Assembly (NCBI RefSeq): GCF_006345805.1 | Contig: NC_043000.1 | Location: 78,058,001 to 78,122,000, forward strand | From: Octopus sinensis | Taxonomy: Eukaryota | Length of the DNA stretch: 64,000 bases | Direction of reading: 5' to 3' | Part shown: positions 53,301-64,000 of the stretch, one piece after another | Layout: the number at the start of each line of letters is the position of its first letter | Numbering within the stretch: position 1 is the stretch's first letter | The notes under the pieces: generated by a model | Told to the model about the DNA's origin: nothing | What the model saw: only the letters and a program-made list of their open reading frames with translations | Databases searched by the model: none | Translations under genes and position numbers: made by a program

Positions 53301-53373
<73 letters not shown>

Positions 53374-53425
53374 ATATATATATAATATATATATATATTA
53401 TATATATATATATATTATATATATA

Positions 53426-53460
<35 letters not shown>

Positions 53461-53607
53461 GATATATATATATACATACATACATGTATGTACGTATGTC
53501 TATATATATATTGTCTACCGAAGTATATATACAAACTATATACATATGCACATACATATATACATACAAATATATGTGTATATATGTGTGTGTGTGTATG
53601 TGTATAA

Positions 53608-53655
<48 letters not shown>

Positions 53656-53689
53656 AATTTTATGTCTTGTATTTTCAGGAACAGCTTGA

Positions 53690-53990
53690 TGTATCAGTGA
53701 ATAGTAAACAATTTTGGAGAGCATAAAACTTAAAGTTGTAGTTGAGAAATAGTTAGCTGATATGGAGAACTGGAAGCCGTCTGAATATTGGAAAAGAATT
53801 ATATGTATCATGATGATTCGCGCCGTATGTAAAAATTTCGACATCATGACTGATGCTCGGTGCTCTTTGAACTCTGTAAAGGCTGAAACACATGACATGC
53901 CAGCAGCAACGGAGACTACGTAGCCATGGTCAGTAGGAATGGACATAGCAGGTGTTCTACTGCATATCTTAGAGATCCATACTTATCATA
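53690..53990 (+). mobile_element. Possible Tc1/mariner-type transposase 5' fragment
   Basis: MENWKPSEYWKR.ICIMMIRA...IMTDARCSLNSVKA resembles an N-terminal HTH. Degraded, and no catalytic domain is seen. Confidence 0.35.
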
Positions 53991-54322
53991 GAAGGTATAA
54001 AATGACCTAAGTTAAGGAAAATAGTTATTCTGTTCTAATACGGTAGCATGATACGTAAGGTATGTATTCATCATTCCATTTGTGTAATTGATACCATTGC
54101 AAGGAAGTACAATCGCTTATCCCAAAGGACATGGAAGCACAAGTGCGCGCGCGCGTGCGTGTGCGTGTGTGTGTGTGCGCGCACGTGCGTATAGGAGAGG
54201 GCTAAATTACAGGAAATAGGTTCTAGAATCTGTAAAAGAAGCTAGAATGCATTAAAATTTTTTCTCCAGTGCATGCCTTAACCTTGTCTATTTCTACCTT
54301 TCTATGTGTATATAAGAGCATT

Positions 54323-54354
<32 letters not shown>

Positions 54355-54974
54355 TGTATGTATGTATGTATGTATGTATCGCTGGAGGATTTGATAAGAG
54401 AATCCTACAGGCATTTTCAGATGATAAACTTATTCTAATTAATAATGAATTTAGAGGCTGAAGTATTTCCAGTGTATTAAATATTAAAAGCTTGGGCATA
54501 AATTACGCAAAGTATGCCCGTGCAAGGAAATTAAAAATGTTTTAGTAAGTGACATACTAATTTCTTACTGTACGTAGTTTACAATGATAAGATCAGGATA
54601 AATTGAATTCCCATACAGACTGTAGCGTTTCGAAGTTCGTCTTTCTTCCAAGATTGAGGACCGTGAAAAATATGATGTATCTTTTATAGACATATAATGT
54701 TAAAAAAATATATAAAAAAAAAGCAAAAACTATCCAGCAGTGGTGATGGTATTACTAAATACGTATTTCTGGCTCTTTAAGCTTCGTCAGTGGCAAGCAT
54801 CTACTGGCAACTGTGATTAATTTAGGAATATCACTACTGCTGTACGATTTCCGTCTGCAACTCATATATTTATGTATTTTTACACAATACGTCTATAAGA
54901 GATGCTACTCGATACGAATACTACGGTTCATCAGGCTTCCAACGATGTATCTGTGTATGCTGCACAGATTGGTA

Positions 54975-55312
54975 TTTTGCATAATAAATGGCACTCCGTC
55001 GATTACGATGCCGAGTGTTCCAGTTGGCCCGGTCAACGGAACAGCCTACTCATGAAATTAACATGCAAGTGGCTGAGCACTCTACAGGCACGCGTACCCT
55101 TAGCATAGTTCTCAGGGGAATTCAGCGTGACACAGAAGGTGAAAAGGCTGACCCTGTGAATTACGAGTAGAACTCATTTTTGCCAGGTGCGTGGACTGAG
55201 CAACGTGAAATAAAATGTATTGCTCAAGAACACAACAAACCCCCAGGAATCAAACTCACCACCTAACGTTCATCAGCCAAACACCCTTTACCACTGAGCC
55301 ACGTGCCTTCAC
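54975..55312 (-). mobile_element. tRNA-derived SINE (another family)
   Basis: Head gtgaaggcacgtggctcagtggtaaagg...gtttgattcctggggg; body with gtggctgagcactc, cagcgtgacacaga. Confidence 0.7.
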
Positions 55313-55450
55313 TTATTGATAAAGGAGATAATTTAGACGTTTCAAGTGATTTTGAGTTATTTAATACGAGAATAATTTTGTTATAAACTGTCGAATTGTT
55401 AACGATTGTACTATATACATGTGTGTGAATATACATACAAATGTATATAC

Positions 55451-55524
<74 letters not shown>

Positions 55525-55982
55525 TATATATATACATATGTATATGCATATGTATATACATATATATGCATATATGAATGCGTGCATGCGTATATATGTA
55601 TATAGGTGTCTGTGTGTGTGTGTGTGTTTATATGGTGTTTCAATGTGTATGTATGTATCTAGACATGTATGTATGTTTTTATATATTCACACTAGCATTT
55701 ATCAACGGGTGTTCACTTAAAATAAAAAGAGAGAACTCAATACATCCGTAGAGTGAATATGTGTATTGGTGCAGTACTAAAGTTCAAAGCATCTGACGAA
55801 AATGTCATTTAACTAAAAACTTTGATCTTTCATATTGAACCAAAACACGCATTTATATGTTTTATGTGTATGTATATGAGTGTGCGTAGAGAGAGAGAGA
55901 GAGAAAGACAGACAGACAGGTAGAGAGGAGAGAAGGGCAGAGAGAGAGTTAAAAATTCTAATGCTTGGAACATTAAAATGCT

Positions 55983-56037
55983 ATAGTAGTAGTAGTAGTA
56001 GTAGTAGTAGAGTAGTAGTAGTAGTAGTAGTAGTAGT

Positions 56038-56092
<55 letters not shown>

Positions 56093-56110
56093 AAGTAGTA
56101 ACAGCAACAG
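55983..56110. repeat. (TAG)n microsatellite
   Basis: Direct reading. Confidence 0.95.
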
Positions 56111-56639
56111 TAGCGACAGTAACTTTTTATAATATGGATGCAGTCTACACATGATATAAAATTTGCCATTAAAAGTGATTTAATCGAAACGAGTTTACCA
56201 GGAATATACATATTTCTAGTAAACGATTATCGATTGTGAAGGAATAAATATGAGTAAACCTAAGGGTGATTTGGACACAGAACCGAAAAGAAATTATCTT
56301 TTCTAAGCTTGTTACTCAAAAGAATAGTGGCAGTGTTTATAATGTTTTCCAGTCCTCTTTGACCCGTTGGTTAATACAACTGATGTTCAACTTGAGCATC
56401 TTTAGATGAATACCTGCAAAATATACTATAGAACAGGAGGAAACCGTGGAGCTTGGTCTAAATATTTGTGAACTCAACTAAACTTGTGAAATAATAAATG
56501 TCTCAGGAAAAGACCAATATACTACGGGATATAAAAGTTCCAACTCATAAGCAAATATAACATTCACATTCAGATATTACCCTACCCATTTATGAGGAAA
56601 ATGTGCGTTGCATCATCGATGTTACAAACGGATCGCAGG

Positions 56640-57515
56640 AGAATAAAATATTCAAATTAACTGTACAATCTTGAAGTAGCCCAGCAACTTGGAGGTCCAG
56701 GGATATAATAAAAGCCTAAAATTCTGGTTTAAATCTTAGAACAAATTTACATGCGGACAAAAATGTTTAGTAACCCACTAAAAAGCCGATAAAATAACTG
56801 AATAGTTGACTAGGGGCAAAACCATCTTGGTTCCAAGGATAACATCTTAACTCCCGAGAAAACTACAGATTCATAGCTTGCAAATCTACAGCTTCTGAAG
56901 CATTAACTACAATAACTTACTTTTCGCTTCAGGCATAAGGCCTGAAATTTTGAAGGAAGGGTGGTCGGTTACATCGACCCCAGTGCTCGACTGGTACTTA
57001 TTTCATCGATTCCGAAAGGGTAAAAGGCAAAGGCAACCTCGGTGGAAAGTAACCAGGAAATACAGATTGAGAATAAAAAGCAATCAATTTCGGCGATACA
57101 AATTTGAATGAATTATAAAATAAACCTCATTCTTATTAAAGAGAAACATTCCAAACAAATACATTTCAGTCTGGCATTAGCATTTTTAATCAGCTTCCCA
57201 TACTGATCTCGGATAATAAATACTATATGATGATAAATATTATACACCGCAGGTGATAAACAATTAGAAACACTGCTATAGACAATACACGCATTCAGTG
57301 GAGGAATTGGAATGATATTTAGGTTAGAATTATGACAAAGCTGAAAAGAGGAAAATTAATTGAAAAACCACTGAAACCAGCGACAGTATATTCGATGAAG
57401 AAATAAAGATGAGAGAATCAGGAAAAATACAAACTTACAAATATTTATGAATTAATGAAATAAATTAGAGTTTAATGAACACAAATGGAAATAAAAGGTT
57501 AGGAAGGAATATTAT
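56640..57515 (+). mobile_element. R4/Dong-type RT fragments interrupted by a SINE core (~56925-57050)
   Basis: FWFKS, LTRGKTILVP, GIGM.F, QTYKYL.INE remnants. Confidence 0.5.
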
Positions 57516-59194
57516 AAAGGGTGAAATACACTACTGAAATAATGATGATGAAATATCAAACACCTACACTGGTACAGATAGGTTAATGAGCCACAGATAC
57601 AAGAGTAACCTGTTAAAACCAAGACAGAAGAAGAATGAAAAGAATTCAAAGAAAATATAAAAACTAAAAATAGAAAATGAAAGATCAACAACGAAAATAA
57701 TGACAACCACAAAGATGACGATGACAGTGAGGCTAATGATAATGTTGAAGGCGTTAGTAATTCCAGCAATATACAATCACAACCACAAGTCAATTTGTAT
57801 CTAAGTCATCTCAGTCGGTGATTACCAGAAACACAAATGAGAGAAAGGAAAACATGTTTGGCGCCAAACCGGCCAGATATTTATAGGGGCTCCACATATG
57901 TTCACAGTTCATGTGAAGCTGGAACCCACAAGGTGCTGCTGTTTCCTTAACCGTGCACTACTCTATTAGATTTTTTAATTATTATTGTTGTTGTTATCAG
58001 TGACGTCGTCGTCGTTGTTGTTTCTGCTGCTGCTGCTGTTGTTCAAATGCAACCATCAATGGTGGTATGTGTGAGCACCGAGGTGATCATGATGTTGATA
58101 TTGGTAGTGATGGCGATGATGATGAGAATGATGTGGTGGTGGTAGTGGTGATGGTGGTAGTGGACGCTGAGGTAGTGATAGGGAGGGTTCTGCAACTGGT
58201 ACTGATGATGATGGGGTTTGATATTTTTGGTGTTGTTGTCGTTGTCGACGTCGTATAGTGGGTGGTTTGTGGGTGTTTTTATAACGGTTGAAATGGGATG
58301 TTGGATGAGATGAAGTGGGGAACTGGAAACAAATATGTTACATCTTGTTTTGATTTGCTTCTGAGGTTACTTTCTCATAATAGATCTATGTTTGGTTGTC
58401 AGAAAGGGAAAAACGAAACAAAAGAGAAAACTCTAGAAATGAGTCGTTAAACAGATAGACAGACAAACAGACAGACAGACAGATGTTAAAACAACGTAAG
58501 AATTCTTTTAAAAAGTAAGTAGTATAATTTTAGACGGCTGCTTCTAATTCTGAACCACCGTAACCTAGTTTTCTAATAAGTAGAAGGACGGGGCAATGTG
58601 TAGTCGGGGCATATGGTGGTTATTTCTGGTTACATATACTGTTGTTATTGTTGTTGCCATTGTAGATGATGATTTTAATAAAGAATAAGGTGAGGAGGAG
58701 ATGTAGGTACTACCTTTCAGTATAACTAGGAAGAGTAGGTAGTCAACCCCTAACCGATGGCTGTAGTGATGGATGTTTTATGGCGGACATGGTGAAAATT
58801 TTGAGAACAAACGTGTTTCTCTTGTCATTTTCTTCAAGGAATACTTAAATAGGCTGAAAGTGAGGTATTTCTCACCAATAAATTTTATGAGGGAAATGAG
58901 AGTGGCAAAATTGTCGTGGATAACTGGGCCTACATCAACCATGTAACTATTGTCGGCGGCAATAACTGATGGGCTGATGGCTTATGTGCTCTTTGGTAGA
59001 CCATCGACCTTCCTCTTTCTTGTAGTAGGGTGATGGTCTTTGACCATTTCCTTCCTCTTCTTTACCTGTGGCTTACGATGAGCCAATCTCCTACTCCTTG
59101 TCTTCATCATTTGATCGGAATTCTGAGAAATCGAAAAGGTTTTTGAAGGATGAGGGAAATGGCTTGTTGTTGAAGATACATAGAAGATTCGCAA

Positions 59195-59418
59195 TCTAGA
59201 CTAGGGTCTGAAAGTTTACCACACCATAGTGGGTTACGCCATGGTTCCTCTGCTTTTGTGGCAGAAGTAGGAATAAATAGCGAGAGAAAGTTGTGGTAAA
59301 AAAGTACAGCGGAGTTCCCCACCGCCGGAGCCTCGTGGAGCTTAGGTGTTTTTGCTCAATAAACACTAACAGTGCCCGGTCCGCTGTCCTAACCACTGGG
59401 CCATTGCGCCTCCACGCC
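59195..59418 (-). mobile_element. tRNA(Arg)-like-headed SINE, body type 3
   Basis: Head ggaggcgcaatggcccagtggttagg...ctccacgaggctccggc shared with the 44.1 and 47.2 kb SINEs; different 3' part. Confidence 0.7.
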
Positions 59419-60764
59419 TACTGTTGTTATTCTTGCTACCGATGCTAATGCTACTGCTAACACTGCTGTTGTTGATGTTACTTTGGATGAAGTGCAAGGG
59501 TCAGTAGCAGTGTGGGTCTTTGTACACAGATTGGCTTCATATGCTGATACTATCATATATGGAGCAACAAGGTCTTCGTCTCTCTTTCACAACTTATACT
59601 TGGGCACATTGTTGAGGGCTATCCGATCATGGATCTTGTCCAGTTTTTCTAAAAGTGCCAGCGTCAGAGTTTCCACACTAATAAGAATTTCATTTCTCTA
59701 CCACTAACTCTACACTTCCAGGTTTGTGCCTTTTCACAATACATATCACCTTTCGCCTGATGTTCAGTTTTAACAGCTTATCTACCTCCTCCTCATCCCC
59801 TCATCTTATGTATGCCATTCGTGTACGAATGACGAGACATTAGTAACTCTCTGCATGAGATTCTGTGAGTTATCTCACCTTTACCACCTCATATAACCTT
59901 TGATTTTCATGAATTTCTGCCACAAAAAAACGTTAGGCCAATAAGAATCAGAATGAAGAGAAATCATTGATAAATAAAGGCATTGTAAATGTTGTTTATA
60001 CATATGGCAACTTTGTCGAGGTCAGTTTTCTTCTTGCGAAAAGTACTGGTTTAATATAATCAAAAGGTTATCTTGATTATTACATAGATGTAAAACTATC
60101 AGTAATGGTACGTTAATTTATACATTATCAACATATATTTATCTATCTATCTGCATATGTATGCATGCATGCATGTATATACATCATGCCAGATGAACCT
60201 TAGTGTTACAGATAACATGTAATACAGTACAACCTGTTGCATGGTCGGGTCGTCGGTGATAAACTAACAACCCTACCAAGTCTGCTTGGTTAAAAGGGTG
60301 GATTTCTTTGGAAACCCTCAGGACCAAAAGGAAAAACTTCAAAGGACAGCTGTATTCAGTAGAGCCAACGGCTATCCAACAGCAGGGTGTGAGAAAGAGA
60401 CGCTTAGTCTTGCTGTTGCTTGTTTGTGGCCTAATTGATTTTGTTGATGGAAGTCATAGCAGTGTTGTGCATGCTGTCATTGACATTAAATCTCAGAACT
60501 GACAGCTATTGTCTTTGAGATAATTTGTTCGTGATTGTCATACTCGTCTACGAGTTGACACCCACTATGCATGTAAATATCCGTGTATGGACGTTCGCAC
60601 GCGCACACGCAATGCTCATCACACAGGCTTTGGGCATCTCATGACCAAGATCGTTACCTGCATCCATGAAACTTACAATAATGTGAGTTTATGTCAACCT
60701 ATTAATTAATAAATACTTGTAAATCCTACATGTGTTCTGTTTTCTTTCGTTTGTACATCTACTT

Positions 60765-60817
<53 letters not shown>

Positions 60818-60870
60818 AAGATACACGCGTGTGTACCTACAGACTGTAGCCCCTTGTGGGTAGTAAAGAA

Positions 60871-60942
<72 letters not shown>

Positions 60943-61439
60943 GTTGGTATATAGGTAGGAAAGTGGGGGTTGATAGAAAACGAGAGAGAAAAAGAGAGAG
61001 TGAGGTGTGAAAGCTTATTTATAGCGGCTGTTATTTTCATTTGGTGCATTTCTCAATATAAATATATGAGGCTTTGTATGGGAATTGACAGGACAGTGAC
61101 GTCTGGTTGGTAATGTGTTCACGCCTCCTTGGAGGCCTTTCACTGCGTGCTGTGGTTGCTGATGTCTGCTGAAGAACCACTCATTCCCCAGAGAATCATC
61201 TGAGACAACTGGCACCGGAGGTTTCTTCTGATTTTTTAGAATGTTTTAGCTGAAGCATATCAGGAGAATAATGTGTGTGTGTGTGGTGTGTGTGTGTGTG
61301 TGTGTTTGAGTGTGTGTGTGTGTGTATGTATGTATGTATATGTATATGTGTGTATATATATATATGTATATCGATATAGATATATAAATATATATATATA
61401 TATATATACGTATACAGAGATATATATATATATATATAT

Positions 61440-61514
<75 letters not shown>

Positions 61515-61601
61515 TAATATATATATATATATAATAAGTATATAGGCACATATATATGTATATATAATATTATATATATGTATATAATATAAGTATATAT
61601 A

Positions 61602-61684
<83 letters not shown>

Positions 61685-61988
61685 GATAAACACGATCACA
61701 GATATAGACACTATATTTTTAAGGTACATATAAGTATGTGCATGTATATACAACTACGTGTGCATAGAAATGCATGAATATATGTACATATAGGTACGAA
61801 GTATGAGATAAAAACACAGTCCAATATCTTATTTTGGAGAAAGACATTTCTATGTTAATAAGGAAACGTTATCCACAAGTGAATTCAAATTAACATGTTG
61901 TCAGGTATTGTAATAGTCAAACTTTGTATATATCATACATTATATAGCATATTAACGTTAAAATGAGCCGCCTACCATTATATACACG

Positions 61989-62042
<54 letters not shown>

Positions 62043-62044
<2 letters not shown>

Positions 62045-62437
62045 TAGCAGTATCGCCCGGCGTTGCTCGGTTGGAGGGGAAATAACTATATAAGCATTTT
62101 TAGAGAGTTATAGCCAAAAAATAGCAAAAAAAATGCATTAAAAATTGAAAAAAAATTAAGGTAAATTTTTTTTAAATCGTTGACACATCGTAGATATTTT
62201 TAGAGAGTTACTTCCCTTATATAAAAGCGAAAAAATGCATTAAAATGGAAAAATATGATGGTAAATTTTTTTTAAATCGTAGACTCATCGTAGACGCGCG
62301 CTAATACCCAGAAGGGCTCGATATGAATCACGACTATAAGATACCCGCTTTTGGTTAAACTGCACCGCAAAATGTGGGAGTAATTACGAATGTAAATCGA
62401 AGGGGACAGACACACAACTTCACTCTTATATAAAGAT
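62043..62437 (+). mobile_element. Non-autonomous Helitron/Helentron-like element next to (TA)n
   Basis: Starts ACTAGCAG..CCCGGCGTTGCTCGG, ends TTATATAAAGAT, internal A/T-tract repeats. These termini are typical of this class. Confidence 0.55.
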
Positions 62438-63424
62438 GCTTTTTTTTTCAGTCATAGAGTTAGATTTATGAAGGTCTTCAGTAGAAAATCCTTCGAATTC
62501 TGACTCGCTGCTTGATATAATGAAATTCGTATCCATTTTTTGTCAGAATTACAAATTTTGAAAACACAATAGGAACAAATTTCGGAAAAAAATCTCCCAT
62601 AATTCACGGAATTAAAATTACACTTCGATTTTTGTACAAAACTGTATTTGAAGTGTTTACGAAGTATAATACGTGTTTTCACGAATGTACTAAAGAGATT
62701 TACTCTGATATTCTCATTTAAATATGAATAGGTAAATTCGGGCGGTTTGGTAACGAAAGGGTTTATATAAGTGTCGTCTGTTTATACATAAACACTGTTT
62801 CATAGTTTCAGTTTAGTCTTCCTCAAATCACTGTCGCTAATTTACTCTCTTCCAAGAACATTTTCACTCACTGTTATCTGTTAGCTTCCCATACATTTTA
62901 CTCATGTATCTATCAGCGTGATAGACAGAAACAAATATTACATTTACTTTCATTTTATTCGTTGCCCACTGTGTGTGTGCGTTTGCGTGTGGTGTAAACC
63001 AGACTAAGAAAAGCATTTGACACACACACCAGAATGTGAGTTTTCTGTAAATTTTGCTTAATTGGAGTTTAAATTTTAAAAACTGGACCTGGCATGACGC
63101 GATGCATTGTACTCTTAAAACTGCTAGGTAAATTGTAATTGAAGAAATCCTATATTGTAGATTTGTATAACTCCCAAAGGGAGGCAGATAAAATCTGCCT
63201 TTTATAATAAGAGATATATATGTATGTATATATATATATATATTATATGTATATATATATATAAACTTTGATAAACTTAGATATGTTTCGACCAAAGATT
63301 GGTCCAGGCCATGTCTAACTTAATAACACCACCTGATATGATTATCTAAATCCTGTTTAAGTCAAGTTTTGTTTGTGGTCCATTCAAGTAGTGAGTTTTT
63401 GTTGGGTGAGTTGTATTCAATTAT

Positions 63425-63545
63425 GCGTGGCTTATCTGGTATTCCTTGAAGGAATCTATCCAGACTCCGTTTAAAGTTGATGGAATCCTTTTCCTCTTTG
63501 ATCTCTTTCGGGACAATGTTAAATAGGGCAAGGCCTGTTGAGAAA
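63425..63545 (-). mobile_element. LINE ORF2 C-terminal remnant (CR1/L2-like tail)
   Basis: LFNIVPKEIKEEKDSINFKRSLDRFLQGIPDKP in an alternative frame. Confidence 0.5.
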
Positions 63546-64000
63546 AAGAAATTATATATATCAGAGGCAACTCCAGGTCATCAGCCTCACACGGGCTCAT
63601 CATAGCTTTCGCGCAAGACACATATATAAACGAAGGTATGAGACGTAATGCACAATGCAGACTTATATGGTGCACTGATAATTTAACAATAAGAAATATA
63701 GTTTTAATATAAAAATTACTAATTAATCTAAGACATGAGAAAAGTATTGCCTGCGTTCATGCGGGAAAATATGTATTTTTCAAATTTAAATAATTGATTT
63801 ATTATCTCTCTCACTGGAATACCTGTACATTCCCCTCGAATCCCTAGCCCCACTAATATAAATTACCTCCCCTAATTACTACCTAACTAAACTTCCATTA
63901 ATATTAATATCTACCTATGTTACACCTCCATTACACCTACTTTTAGTATAATTTTATGAAAATCACCACTAATTAACATTTTGTACACACCATGAGTAAA

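Noticed and set aside
58000-58260. Mucin-like or His-rich reading frames
   Set aside because: Degenerate GAT/GGT/GTT triplet repeats, and the frames are short and interrupted.
63275-63320. gacca-atctt-tggtc-GAAACATA hairpin resembling HHR stem II (minus strand)
   Set aside because: No CUGANGA core upstream.
63575-63615. GAAAGCTA...CTGATGA in permuted order (possible type II HHR, minus strand)
   Set aside because: Stem I and stem II strands do not pair.

Overview
AT-rich, microsatellite-dense animal genomic DNA. The SINE families look like those I associate with octopus/cephalopod genomes (inference, no search run). No host gene is confidently recognisable, and most ORFs in the track are translations of (TA)n/(CA)n/(ATGT)n repeats. 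The window is a transposon mosaic: L1/Tx1 and R4/Dong-type LINE relics, an ORF1-only L1-like element, tRNA-derived SINEs, a full-length Chapaev3-type DNA transposon, Helitron-like non-autonomous elements, and three different Penelope-like element (PLE) lineages. The main signal not shown by the ORF track is RNA structure: by manual reading I find 14 type I hammerhead ribozyme (HHR) motifs from 7 families. The most interesting is an ORF-less 362/363-bp tandem-plus-inverted repeat (45232-46646) in which each unit carries an HHR with a covariant U3-A8 core. This is a retrozyme-like system predicted to release a 362-363 nt (possibly circular) RNA. All folds were done by eye, and clade names are from recall of the literature and need phylogenetic confirmation.
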